Positions 8,784-18,453 of a DNA stretch of 64,000 nucleotides are shown one piece after another (the first letter of the stretch is position 1; every line of letters begins with the position of its first letter). The translations under genes were made by a program, and so were the position numbers. Location of the stretch: the IMG/VR virus record IMGVR_UViG_3300020430_000008, positions 1 to 64,000 of that record; one strand, written 5' to 3'. The notes below the pieces were generated by a model. That model made no database searches. It was not told where the DNA came from and was given only the letters and a program-made list of their open reading frames with translations. The DNA is from a virus.

Positions 8784-11700
8784 TTAGTCCTCAAACGCTG
8801 CACCAGAGTCGGTGATCACGAAATCGATAGCGATGAACTCGACTGCCTTAGCAGGCTTCAAGAAGATCTTAGCGTACATGATGTTTCTGTCGATAAGATC
8901 AGGGGTTGTCGTGGTGTTATCCAAGACTACCTTGAAGTCCATCAGACCAAGCCTTGACTTGATACTGGCAAGGAAGGGGTTCACGCGACCGGTGAAGCGA
9001 TCCCAAGTGGACTGAACGTTCTGGTCGAAGAGCAGGGTTGCTGCCATTCTGGAAATCTCTCTCTTGACGAAAATCATGAGGCGACGAACGTTGATTCGGT
9101 CCAGTGCCGACTCGGTAACCTGCAGGGTCTTCTGACCGAAGATCACAATACCTTCTGCTGGGAACTGAGCGATTGGGTTAATGTTTGCGTCGTAGAGATC
9201 GTCACGCTCCGATGAAGTCAGGCGCTCAGAGACTGCGATGACTGGAAGTCCACCGCGTCCCTCGGACAGTCCACCTCGGGTGAAGCCTGCGGGAGCAAAC
9301 CAAAGCTCCTGAGTCTTCTGACCGTAGGACATTGCGCCGAGAGCGACAACAGAGGGCGGTACCCAAACGCGCTGTGCAGTTTGTGGGTCAGAAATCTGTA
9401 CCCATGGGAAGTAAGCTGCGCCGTAGCTGGAGTTAAGTCCTCGGCTGCGCATGTTACTAACTGCGGTGCTGACGTTAGCGCCACGGCTTTCTGCAGCGGC
9501 GGTTGATTCTGTCTTAGGCGTGTATGCGTTAGCAAGGTCAATGATAGCCAGACAGTCACCACGATTCTCTGCAACGTTAATCATGTGGTTAGTAAGACCC
9601 TCATGAGTCAGACCGGGCATGCAGAGCAAGTCCATGTCTACAACCTCTGGGTCAGAACACATGTCGATAGCCTTCTTGACTGAGTAGTATGCGTAGTTAG
9701 TAGTGTCCGTAGCGGTCGAGCTAATAACAACGTTACTGAATGGCTCAGATTGTGTAACGTCTACACCCTCGAATCCACCGTAGAGTGGAAGGGTGAAGCG
9801 ATCTGCTCCTGCCAGAAGAACTGCCTTGTAGGAAGAGCTAACTGCGGTGATTGAAGTACCGGCAGCGCGAGATCCTGAAAGCCATGTAGACTCGGCGGGC
9901 TTGTAATCCGTAGGCGAAGAGTTGTTAATAATGTTATCAAGCGTGAAGTAGAAGGAAACTTCTGTATCCGAGCTAGAGTCTGCATCATGTGAACTAATTC
10001 CGTATGCAAGTGGGTATACAGTGTCGCTCCAACTGTCCTCAAGAAGAATCGAAGAATCTTCGCGAGTCGTGTCAACACCCCAGTAAGCATCACCTGCGTC
10101 CGAAAGACCACCTTGAGAAGCAGAAGCTCTCAAGTACAGTCTTGGGAAGGTGTACGAACCAGTGAAGCCGATTTCGTCGTTTCCTGCGGCGGCTGCATCT
10201 CCTGCTTCTGCACCATCGTCGGCGGTAGAGCCCGAAATGTAAACCAGTACATCACCACCAGTAACCTCGGAAAGCTCGACACTGCCGGAAAGCACATCGG
10301 TATCGCGACCGAACACGTTTTGGTACGTTCCAGCAGCAAGACCATTACCAGAGTTGGTAACCATGGTCACTCCACCATCAGATGCTACAGTGCTAGGCGC
10401 AGAGCCGGATGAGACTGTGAATCCGATATATCGGGGAGGTCCGAAGAAGCCGAATGGAAGCAGAAGCTGGTCTGCAGTACCGTTTTCGATGTCTCCGTTA
10501 AGCTCAACACGAACAAACTTGGACATGTTAGCGTGCTCGCCGTACTCTCTGTAACGGCGCTCAGTGTCACTCCAGCCAAGTCGTCTGTCACCAATCTTAC
10601 GACCGATGAAGTTTGCCGAGAATGGGTTAAGGTTACAAGCTGAGAAGCGCTCGACAATCGAAATAGAGTTGTCAAGGTCATCAACCTTACGAATAACAAT
10701 ATCGAAGGTTCCGTACTTGTTGTAGTCGTTGGGAGAAGTCTTAATGTTCTGGAGAGAAATCTTAAGATTCTTTTGCTCCCAGTCACCCGGCGAAAGCGTC
10801 ACGAAGCGGAACAGCTTTTGCATGTTAGCAGCGTCGTACGACGAGTTGTTGGAAGTCAAGTCCTGTCCGATAACCCAGCCAGACTTAGCCTCTCTTGCAC
10901 CCATGGTCATTGCACCGGGAGTGTTGCTTCCAAGCTTAAGTGGGGCTACGAAACCGTAGTATTCACCAGAAGCGCCATCAGAAATGTCTGCGGAGCCGGC
11001 TTGACCGTCATAACCAGAAGCCTCTTGACCACACTGCTCTACCAAGTGGCGGTCGTAAGTTTGACCAAGCCAGTAGGTTTCAACGTCAGAAGTAATCTGA
11101 GAGTTGGTAAGCATGGGGTTGGTGTTGAACACGTTTCTAATGTAAGTTGCGGAAGTTCTGTCAAAGTTAAATTGTGTCTCATGTACGACAGTAGAGCCTG
11201 TCATGATTTGTGCGGTGAAGCCAGCGTAGTTACCGTTCGACTCGACCATAACGTTAGAGCCGGAAACGGTAACGTCGTCAAGAGTAGAACCAGCAGCAGT
11301 ACCCTTAAGGGCAAGCTCGCCGCTCTTAAGATACCAAATTGCTGCAAGGGCACCCTTCTTGGCAGTAGCGCCAGAGCCAGAGTTTGCAATAAACAGACCG
11401 TAAGCGCCACCATCGGTGCCAACAGTACCTGCAGACCAACCAGCGGTGCCGGCAGTCGTTGCGTCCTCATGCTGCTGTCCAACCAACCTAACAAAAGTAA
11501 GTGCGTTGGTGTTGCGAAGCCATGCTTGCGCAGCGTATGCGGCATAGGTAGGACCGATCATGTTTCCATCACGCCAAACGTCGTCGCCCTTGCGACCTCC
11601 GATTGGGCTACCAAATACCTCGATAAAATCAGAAAATGAATTAATCTGAGTCGGACGCATCGACGGTCCTCTCTCAGAGCGTCCAATAATAACTGGACCA

Positions 11701-11789
11701 ATAGGATCACTCAAACGTGGTAACTGAGAATTATCGATCTCATTGATATACACACCGGGTGAAACAAACTTAAACTTAGTGATTGACAT
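8784..11789 (-). CDS. gp18: Tail sheath protein (T4 gp18-like)
   Basis: FVSPGVYINEID N-terminus; WFAPAGFTRG, GQKTL, RINVRRL and LKPAKAVEFIAIDF C-terminal sheath motifs. Confidence 0.95.
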   Translation of the reverse strand: MSITKFKFVSPGVYINEIDNSQLPRLSDPIGPVIIGRSERGPSMRPTQINSFSDFIEVFGSPIGGRKGDDVWRDGNMIGPTYAAYAAQAWLRNTNALTFVRLVGQQHEDATTAGTAGWSAGTVGTDGGAYGLFIANSGSGATAKKGALAAIWYLKSGELALKGTAAGSTLDDVTVSGSNVMVESNGNYAGFTAQIMTGSTVVHETQFNFDRTSATYIRNVFNTNPMLTNSQITSDVETYWLGQTYDRHLVEQCGQEASGYDGQAGSADISDGASGEYYGFVAPLKLGSNTPGAMTMGAREAKSGWVIGQDLTSNNSSYDAANMQKLFRFVTLSPGDWEQKNLKISLQNIKTSPNDYNKYGTFDIVIRKVDDLDNSISIVERFSACNLNPFSANFIGRKIGDRRLGWSDTERRYREYGEHANMSKFVRVELNGDIENGTADQLLLPFGFFGPPRYIGFTVSSGSAPSTVASDGGVTMVTNSGNGLAAGTYQNVFGRDTDVLSGSVELSEVTGGDVLVYISGSTADDGAEAGDAAAAGNDEIGFTGSYTFPRLYLRASASQGGLSDAGDAYWGVDTTREDSSILLEDSWSDTVYPLAYGISSHDADSSSDTEVSFYFTLDNIINNSSPTDYKPAESTWLSGSRAAGTSITAVSSSYKAVLLAGADRFTLPLYGGFEGVDVTQSEPFSNVVISSTATDTTNYAYYSVKKAIDMCSDPEVVDMDLLCMPGLTHEGLTNHMINVAENRGDCLAIIDLANAYTPKTESTAAAESRGANVSTAVSNMRSRGLNSSYGAAYFPWVQISDPQTAQRVWVPPSVVALGAMSYGQKTQELWFAPAGFTRGGLSEGRGGLPVIAVSERLTSSERDDLYDANINPIAQFPAEGIVIFGQKTLQVTESALDRINVRRLMIFVKREISRMAATLLFDQNVQSTWDRFTGRVNPFLASIKSRLGLMDFKVVLDNTTTTPDLIDRNIMYAKIFLKPAKAVEFIAIDFVITDSGAAFED

Positions 11790-11881
11790 TATGCTTAATC
11801 TCCTGCATTAATACTTTATCCCTCGCACAAACAAGGGCATATGCGTTCTTCATACAGCTTCTTTATTGCCATATTTCAGTA

Positions 11882-11890
11882 ATAAATAGT
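11882..11890 (-). promoter_or_regulatory. Putative late promoter motif ACTATTTAT
   Basis: Intergenic, between a terminator and the sheath gene. Confidence 0.6.
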
Positions 11891-11940
11891 CAATGGAAAC
11901 TCCAACGGACATGAAAGAATAGAAATCTTATTATGCAGAC

Positions 11941-11978
11941 AAAAAGAGGGGGGTCCGACCAGCGGACCCCCCAAAAAA
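11941..11978 (-). terminator. Intrinsic terminator after the fibre gene
   Basis: GGGGGGTCCG/CGGACCCCCC GC-rich stem followed by TCTTTTT on the minus strand. Confidence 0.8.
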
Positions 11979-12001
11979 TGAGGATTAATACCTACGATGA
12001 A

Positions 12002-14752
12002 TTACTCACCAAGATACCAAACTCTGAGAACGTCGTCGCCGTCCAACTTAAGATCGGGGTGAAGCTCGATGGAACCAGTTGCAGTGGTGTAATCACCAGC
12101 AGCAAGGTCCGCAGCGGGTGCAAGCACCTGACCGTTAAGGAACACAAGCTCAGAACCACTTGCAGCATTCTCACTCAAGGTGTAGACGCCAGTAGTGCTG
12201 TTGTAGTTGTGTCCAGTGCTACCACGAACAGTGTCGATCTCGTAGTCAAGCGCAAGCTTACCTGCACTGTGTCTAAGACCGTCACCAGCCATTGGCTCAG
12301 CAAGACGTGATACGTCCATTCTCTTCAGAACACCACCATCACTAACCAAAAGCTCATCAGTAAGCTGAAGGGTTGCTCCGATGTCGTTTCTTCCAGAAAT
12401 AGCGTTGTCGTTAAGCATGGAACCTTCGACAGAAGCAGCAGAGATGGTAAGAGCACCTGCGTTAGAGACAGTAGCATCACCAGAAACCTTGCTGAATACC
12501 CAACCGTAAAGGTTAGCACCAGTAAGAGCCTTAAGAGCGCCGCCATCTGAGAACAAGAACTCATCAGCATCATCAACACCGGTAGAACCAAGGTTGGTGA
12601 AGCCGCTAATGCAGTTGTCGTTCAACATGCTGTGCTCAACAGCGTCAGCAGCGATAGTCAGAGCACCACCGTCAGCGATTGCAGCGTCACCGCTAACAAC
12701 ACCGAAGAAGTGATCACGAAGACTATCAACACCAACTCTCTTAACAGTACCAGCATCAGAGATCATCAACTCATCGGCATCTTCGATGTCAGCGTGAGCC
12801 AACTCGTCTTGACCGGAGATGATGTCATCGTTAAGCATGCTGTGGTGAACAGCAGCGGCAGCAATAGTGAGAGCACCGCCATCAGCGATTGCAGCGTCAC
12901 CGCTAACAGCGCCAAAGAAGTGATCACGAAGGCTATCAACGCCAACCTTCTTGATGGTTCCGTTGTCGGAAATCATCATGTCATCAGCGTCAGCGATATC
13001 AGCGTGAGCCAATTCGTCCTGACCAGAGATGATGTTGTCGTTAAGCATACCGTGCTCAACTGCAGCAGCACCAATAGTAACAACACCGTTAGCAGCCATA
13101 GAGACATCGCCACTAATAGCTACAGGGTTGTAGCTAGTACCGTCTGCAACAAGCATGTGACCCGAAGTGTTGGTGCCCATGATAAGATCATCGCCAGAAA
13201 TGGTAAGATCACCAAGGACAGTTACGTTACCGTTGGATTCTGCCACCAGTGGGCTGTTGTTCCCACCGCCTGAGCGAAGCTCGAAGCGCTCGGCTGCAGC
13301 CATAGCAACAAGTTGCCAGCGGTCACCGGGGTCGTCTGCTTCATCAGCAGCGAGACTAAGAACACCGTCAGCACCTTCTTCACCAAAGACAGAGAAGCCG
13401 AATGATGCAGTAGCCATTGAAACAATGTTCAATGAATCAGCACCATCAGAACCGAGAGTTGTAGAACCAGAAACGAAAAGATCATTTCTAGCAACGATAT
13501 CGTTGGTTGCGATATAGTCTGCACCACTTACAATGCCAAGACCAGCAACAGACTTGCCAGCGTCGAGAACGACATTCTTGGAAGCCACAGCGGTTCCAGC
13601 AGTAGAGCCATCAACGAAGTCGATCTCAGTGTTGGTGAGAGCCGCAAGCTTACTAAGCTTAGCAGCGGTAACATCAGCAGATGTACCATCAAGCTTGTTG
13701 AGTTCTTCTGGAGTGGAAGAAATTACGGTAGTCGAAGCTGCCGCAAAAGGAATAAGGAAACCTGCAGCGTCAGCAATCTGAACAATTCTGTCAGCGGTTG
13801 GATCAACAGCCTTCAGGGTAAGCTCGTTAGCGTCAGCGGTAGCGCCCTCAAAGATAACACCGTTAGCGGATTGAATAACTTCAACGTCAACAGTGGTGGT
13901 GGTGCCTTGAACAGTAAGGTTACCAGCAACAGTAACGTTATCGCCAAATGTGACCTCAGAAGTACTGTGTCCAATGTTCACAGCAATGCCAGAAGTCTGG
14001 TTAGCAATGTTCATGATACCAGTTTTGTTGGAAAGGAAGGAATCAGTACCATCGTGGTAAAGCTCCATGTCCTGACCAGAACCAATCTCGAACTTGACGT
14101 TATCTGGCGCAGCCAAAGCGTCACGGGATTCGTCCCAAAGCAAGTATCTGCCAGATGTTGCACCGAACATCTTGACATCTACACCAGTGTCATCAACACC
14201 GAATGTAGTAGCACCATCAACTTGGAGAGTGCCATCGATATCTACAGCGTCAAGGTTAGCAATTCCATCAACGTCGATGTTGCCGGAGAAATCTCCAGAT
14301 GCAGCATCGAGTTCACCAGAGATGGTGATGTGGCGAGCACCAGTGATGTCAGCGCTAGCATCAAGGACCATAGCCTTGCTTGCAGCAGCAGTACCGGGGG
14401 TTACAGAATCAAGAACTCCAAGCTCGGCAGCAGAAAGAGTCGTGCCGTCGATTGTGAGGCTTGTGTCACCTGAAATGGTGCCAACAACATCCAAGTTTCC
14501 TTGCATTACTGCGCCACCATAAAATTGGAAAGCTGAGCTTTCGTATGCGATGGAGCCGTCTACGCCGGTTGTTCCATCAGAGAAATAAATTGTACCCACC
14601 TCAGAAATAGAACCCGAAACCATGTTCAGAGATGCGTCTTTTGCGTCACCAGAGCCGGGACCGGGGAAAAGCCCAGAATCGACCTTGATTTGCACCGCAG
14701 TTGAACCGGAAAAGGGAGCTAACTGTTGTGAGTTTACTAAAGTTCGTGCCAT
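12002..14752 (-). CDS. Repeat-rich fibre / neck-appendage structural protein
   Basis: 916 aa, rich in Gly/Ala/Asp/Ser, with beta-fibre motifs (GNLTVQGTTTTV), four ~70-aa repeats and a small C-terminal beta domain; SD AGGAGG. Confidence 0.7.
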   Translation of the reverse strand: MARTLVNSQQLAPFSGSTAVQIKVDSGLFPGPGSGDAKDASLNMVSGSISEVGTIYFSDGTTGVDGSIAYESSAFQFYGGAVMQGNLDVVGTISGDTSLTIDGTTLSAAELGVLDSVTPGTAAASKAMVLDASADITGARHITISGELDAASGDFSGNIDVDGIANLDAVDIDGTLQVDGATTFGVDDTGVDVKMFGATSGRYLLWDESRDALAAPDNVKFEIGSGQDMELYHDGTDSFLSNKTGIMNIANQTSGIAVNIGHSTSEVTFGDNVTVAGNLTVQGTTTTVDVEVIQSANGVIFEGATADANELTLKAVDPTADRIVQIADAAGFLIPFAAASTTVISSTPEELNKLDGTSADVTAAKLSKLAALTNTEIDFVDGSTAGTAVASKNVVLDAGKSVAGLGIVSGADYIATNDIVARNDLFVSGSTTLGSDGADSLNIVSMATASFGFSVFGEEGADGVLSLAADEADDPGDRWQLVAMAAAERFELRSGGGNNSPLVAESNGNVTVLGDLTISGDDLIMGTNTSGHMLVADGTSYNPVAISGDVSMAANGVVTIGAAAVEHGMLNDNIISGQDELAHADIADADDMMISDNGTIKKVGVDSLRDHFFGAVSGDAAIADGGALTIAAAAVHHSMLNDDIISGQDELAHADIEDADELMISDAGTVKRVGVDSLRDHFFGVVSGDAAIADGGALTIAADAVEHSMLNDNCISGFTNLGSTGVDDADEFLFSDGGALKALTGANLYGWVFSKVSGDATVSNAGALTISAASVEGSMLNDNAISGRNDIGATLQLTDELLVSDGGVLKRMDVSRLAEPMAGDGLRHSAGKLALDYEIDTVRGSTGHNYNSTTGVYTLSENAASGSELVFLNGQVLAPAADLAAGDYTTATGSIELHPDLKLDGDDVLRVWYLGE
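12290..13120 (-). repeat. About four tandem 210-bp (70-aa) repeats in the fibre gene
   Basis: Unit VSGDAAIADGGALTIAAAAVHHSMLNDDIISGQDELAHADI.DAD..MISD.GT.K.VGVDSLRDHFFG; near-identical DNA at 12661 and 12871, 210 bp apart. Confidence 0.85.
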
Positions 14753-14774
14753 TCATTATACCTCCTAAAGTATG

Positions 14775-14814
14775 AAAAAAGCGCCGTGAGATAAACCTAT
14801 ACCCCACGGTGTCT
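14775..14814 (-). terminator. Imperfect terminator-like hairpin just upstream of the fibre RBS
   Basis: CCGTGGGG...TCTCACGG stem followed by CGCTTTTTT. Confidence 0.45.
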
Positions 14815-14874
14815 AAGACCACCGTTAAAGATGTAAATGAATACTACTGATTAAAGGACACAAATTAGAAGAAA

Positions 14875-15273
14875 TTAATCTTCATTAGTGCTGCGCACAA
14901 GGGAACCTGTGCCCCCATCCTCCGTAGGAAAGTTCAGTGCATAATCAACAGTGGGCTCGACATTATATATAGATCTGAGTTCCATGATTTGCTCTGCCAT
15001 CCTCTCATTTAATTTAGAATTTAATTCGACCGCTGCAGCACGTTCAGCTTCATGCCTAAGAAGCATCTCTCCAAGCTGCATTTTAAGGTTTTTCATGCCT
15101 TCAATTGTTGCAAGCAGGGGAGCGAAATCTTCTGTAGCAATTTCAACCACAGGGTCTGTGTTGTATTCTGGACCGCTCTCTTCTTCCACGGTTTCCTCCT
15201 GTTCTTCTTCAACATACTCTTCTGGCGCACTAAGAGCCGTCTTGAGTTTGTTCCATTGTTTTTTCCACATCAC
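14875..15273 (-). CDS. Hypothetical acidic coiled-coil protein
   Basis: 132-aa ORF with SD AAGGAG. Confidence 0.7.
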   Translation of the reverse strand: MMWKKQWNKLKTALSAPEEYVEEEQEETVEEESGPEYNTDPVVEIATEDFAPLLATIEGMKNLKMQLGEMLLRHEAERAAAVELNSKLNERMAEQIMELRSIYNVEPTVDYALNFPTEDGGTGSLVRSTNED

Positions 15274-15289
15274 TTCTTCTCCTTATTTA

Positions 15290-16567
15290 TTATGATGTTT
15301 TCACATAACTAGCTACAAGACGATCATTTTCATCTGGAGCAAATGCTAAAGTAACGGTTGTGCCTGAGATAGTATAGTCGGCACTGTCACCTTCTGATAA
15401 TACAAGACCATTATGAATCAAAGTCAACGTATTCGATCTAGCGGAGCTTTGCAAACTGAAAGTAGTGTTTGAACCATCCAGATCTCCGGTTACCGACTGT
15501 TGAATGATAAAGTCGTCGTGATGAATCACCTCGTCACGGTTGGCTGATGCGCCTGACGACGTTGCTCCACCAGATACCTTAACATTTCCTCTGGCACTGG
15601 CTTCCTGCAGGATCCTTCGTACTTCTCGGATTGCAGTATCGCTAGAAAGTCTTGCAAACTTCTCAGGAATCGTGAAATTGAAACCTGCGTCTGATACGAG
15701 AATTCCTTCTTGTGGGATTGCGATATGAACAGCGTTCTGTCTTCTCGCATATTTGGGTCTGGGATCGTTGGGTCCACCACCGATCAAGTACCCCTCAACT
15801 TTAATAGTCATCTCAGTGCGCAGAACACGATCTTCTTCTTCAAGAGTCGCCAAGTTATTATTGAACGAGAAGTCGTCCAAAAATGCAGTGAAACGATGCC
15901 CTTGGTGATTGATGAAAAATTCTTTGTGGTTTTTAAGCTTTGAATGGATCGCCTGCAGGATCTCATTCATTTGTGTGTGAAAGTCGGTCTGTACTGACAT
16001 CTTATATTCGATTAAGATGCGGCTTGGCATTGGCATGGTGATCGTTTCATAGATAACCTTACCGTCCTGCTTCTGTGTTTTGAACCTGCTTGACATGCTT
16101 GGTCTTTGTCCGTCACCATCATATTCATCGCCGCCCCATTTTCTCTTTGTTGCAGCATTACGAGAAATAGCGGTCTTGTCTTGTTTGATACGGCGTGCAA
16201 TAGTGATCGAGCCGCCCTGTTCGTCAGGGTTATCACGAATATTGGCGGGCATCATGCCCTTGCGAGTCGGGTCTTTGGTGATCGACATGCGCTCAATAGC
16301 AATCAGGGGCAGTACGAGCATGCCGCCAGAGTCTCTAATCTCTTTTCGCTCCTTAACTTGAAACGCTCGCTCTGCACCAACCCAAATTACTGGTACTTTC
16401 TTCCAGCCTTTATTGGAATTGACGTGGAAATTGCACTCTGAATCAATATAGTTGAACAAAGCAAAATCGTGCGTTTCAATGGTGGATGGTTGGAACTTAA
16501 TGTCTCCTAATTCCACCTCTCCAGCCATGGTGAACGCATCAGAAAAATGGTTTGAATCACTCGCCAT
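15290..16567 (-). CDS. Tail terminator / sheath stabiliser (T4 gp15-like) with an extra C-terminal beta domain
   Basis: KVPVIWVGAER, LPLIAIER, QMNEILQ and IKVEGYL pattern; follows the gp13/gp14-like genes. Confidence 0.65.
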   Translation of the reverse strand: MASDSNHFSDAFTMAGEVELGDIKFQPSTIETHDFALFNYIDSECNFHVNSNKGWKKVPVIWVGAERAFQVKERKEIRDSGGMLVLPLIAIERMSITKDPTRKGMMPANIRDNPDEQGGSITIARRIKQDKTAISRNAATKRKWGGDEYDGDGQRPSMSSRFKTQKQDGKVIYETITMPMPSRILIEYKMSVQTDFHTQMNEILQAIHSKLKNHKEFFINHQGHRFTAFLDDFSFNNNLATLEEEDRVLRTEMTIKVEGYLIGGGPNDPRPKYARRQNAVHIAIPQEGILVSDAGFNFTIPEKFARLSSDTAIREVRRILQEASARGNVKVSGGATSSGASANRDEVIHHDDFIIQQSVTGDLDGSNTTFSLQSSARSNTLTLIHNGLVLSEGDSADYTISGTTVTLAFAPDENDRLVASYVKTS

Positions 16568-17054
16568 CGAAAATACCCTCTCTTACCTTGACGCACTTTG
16601 CGCTGATTTCCATCATGTGCTCAATTTGTCCGAAAAGTCTTTTAGGCTCCGATACAGTCACGATCTGATAGAACTGTTCTCCGTATCTCACCATGTCGCC
16701 TTCTCGCACAAACAGATCTTGATCCTCTGTGAGTCTTCTTTTGTGAAAATGTGCTGTAAATGCCGTCTTTCTATCGATACCCATGCTTTCTAAGTAAGCT
16801 GTCTGCACACCTTCCCACTCGATCAATGCTTTTACAGCAACTGGTGGTAAATATGTCTTATTCATAGCCTCGCCGTACAAGGGGTGATAGTTTGTGTGTT
16901 CAATGTCAAGCGGAAAGTACAGAAGCTCCTGACCAACGACTCTCTCGATAAGTTCGTCGTTGACTTGCTTGACCAAATCGCGCTCTCTCTGACCTGTAAA
17001 GAGTGGGCTGGGTGGCTGTTCTGGTTGTTTCCATTTATCTTTAGGATCCGACAT
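16557..17054 (-). CDS. Neck / head-closure protein (T4 gp14-like)
   Basis: LYGEA..K.Y, FVREGDMV.Y...YQI pattern; synteny after the gp13-like gene. Confidence 0.7.
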   Translation of the reverse strand: MSDPKDKWKQPEQPPSPLFTGQRERDLVKQVNDELIERVVGQELLYFPLDIEHTNYHPLYGEAMNKTYLPPVAVKALIEWEGVQTAYLESMGIDRKTAFTAHFHKRRLTEDQDLFVREGDMVRYGEQFYQIVTVSEPKRLFGQIEHMMEISAKCVKVREGIFDGE

Positions 17055-17063
17055 AGCTTACTC

Positions 17064-18353
17064 CTAAAATACGAAGATCGACAATGGGATCTTCTTTTGA
17101 ATGTTATTAACCTGATCAACTTTCTCTGCATCGCCAGTCATCATAGCATTATATGTCAACTCATCGAGCAATTCTTTCAGTTCTGTTCTCAAGCCTTCCT
17201 GCTCTTCCTTCGCTTGGGTTAGCAAAGCATCGCCATTGAGCGAAACAGCCTCGCCGGGAATCGGAATCTGAGCGAACTTGCTTCGGACTTGCCCCAATGT
17301 CTCTTTCGAGAGCGAAAGTGCGAATCTTCTAATCCACTGCTTACCAATCGAGTTGATACTGTTATAAGGCACGTTTTGGAACGGCACATTATTAAGGTTA
17401 TTTACACCGTCGATTCCGATATCTGCTGAGCCACTTGTTTCCCATGGTTCAGTAGGTAGCGAGAACGTAACCCAGAAATATTTGGGACTTGACGATACTG
17501 GCTTGGGGTACAATCTTAGCTTGTTCGCTTTAAGTTCAAACGAGTAGTGCGAGTTGCGCGTATAAATTGAATCCTCAAACGCCATTGACTGTGCTTTGTT
17601 CTGCCACGCTGGGATAACCTCAAATGTTGAGTCATCTGAGTATTGTCCGTAGTTGGACAAGTTGCCCACCGTGTTCAGTCCACCGTAATAGCCGTAGAAT
17701 CTCCACATTGCGTGCGGTGTCTTGTAAAAAACCTTTTTAATCAGCAGCTTCTTGTTTCCGACAAGCCCTGCAAAATCCACGGCATCGCCATTGGCACCCG
17801 TACCAGTGCTAGCAGCTTCTTGAATGATTGCGTCAAGGTCGTAATCTTGCTGATTTGTAACTGTTTTGATGGAAGCCGAATACTCGACAACGTTTCCACC
17901 AACGCCGGCATCCTGAGCCATACCCTCAGCGACTCGGCGTGCATATGCGAACTCGAATCGTGGGTATTTCAGCGATAAACCGCCTGCCCCGCTAAGACTG
18001 GACGAAAGCACGCCCGCCTTGAGTTCACCATCGTGATCAAATGTGCCCGTCATAGAGCCAAGATAGTCAGAAAGTGTGTTCTTGGCTTGATGCGAGTTAA
18101 TAATATAGGAATATTCTAGAACGGCTTCTTCATACGCTGCATATACGTTAGCATTAGTAAGCTCGATGTCCAACACATCACCACCAAGCTTCTTATATGT
18201 GTATGCTACTTGGTCGGCGGCTCCAGAAATAAAATCTGTGTTGGAGGTGTAGATGCCATACGGCAATGAAGCAGTAACATCATCAGTCGATCCTGTCGAT
18301 GATAAGATTACTTTGCTTAGGTTGCTTTTTGGCGTTAAATTGGGATGGCTCAT
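17064..18353 (-). CDS. Neck / head-tail adaptor (T4 gp13-like)
   Basis: KLGGDVLDIELT..NVYAAYEEAVLEY and WIRRFALSLSKETLGQVRSKF..IPIPGEAVSLNGDALL; directly after the capsid gene. Confidence 0.8.
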   Translation of the reverse strand: MSHPNLTPKSNLSKVILSSTGSTDDVTASLPYGIYTSNTDFISGAADQVAYTYKKLGGDVLDIELTNANVYAAYEEAVLEYSYIINSHQAKNTLSDYLGSMTGTFDHDGELKAGVLSSSLSGAGGLSLKYPRFEFAYARRVAEGMAQDAGVGGNVVEYSASIKTVTNQQDYDLDAIIQEAASTGTGANGDAVDFAGLVGNKKLLIKKVFYKTPHAMWRFYGYYGGLNTVGNLSNYGQYSDDSTFEVIPAWQNKAQSMAFEDSIYTRNSHYSFELKANKLRLYPKPVSSSPKYFWVTFSLPTEPWETSGSADIGIDGVNNLNNVPFQNVPYNSINSIGKQWIRRFALSLSKETLGQVRSKFAQIPIPGEAVSLNGDALLTQAKEEQEGLRTELKELLDELTYNAMMTGDAEKVDQVNNIQKKIPLSIFVF

Positions 18354-18374
18354 TCATTATATCCTCCGTCAATC

Positions 18375-18383
18375 GTAATTAGT
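18375..18383 (-). promoter_or_regulatory. Putative late promoter variant ACTAATTAC
   Basis: Lies between the capsid terminator and the neck gene RBS. Confidence 0.55.
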
Positions 18384-18394
18384 TTCGCACAAAC

Positions 18395-18426
18395 AAAAAC
18401 TCCCATCTGAACTTGCCAGATGGGAG
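18395..18426 (-). terminator. Intrinsic terminator after the major capsid gene
   Basis: 10-bp stem CTCCCATCTG/CAGATGGGAG followed by TTTTTG. Confidence 0.85.
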
Positions 18427-18453
18427 CTTTATTGCTTTTGGAGGTTTTAGTTA

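Noticed and set aside
1-11789. Extracellular contractile injection system or tailocin
   Set aside because: Capsid, portal, terminase, protease and primase are in the same locus, so this is a phage.
11790-12001. tRNA or structured ncRNA in the longest intergenic gap
   Set aside because: The gap is explained by a terminator, a promoter motif and a leader with only a small hairpin; no cloverleaf is evident.
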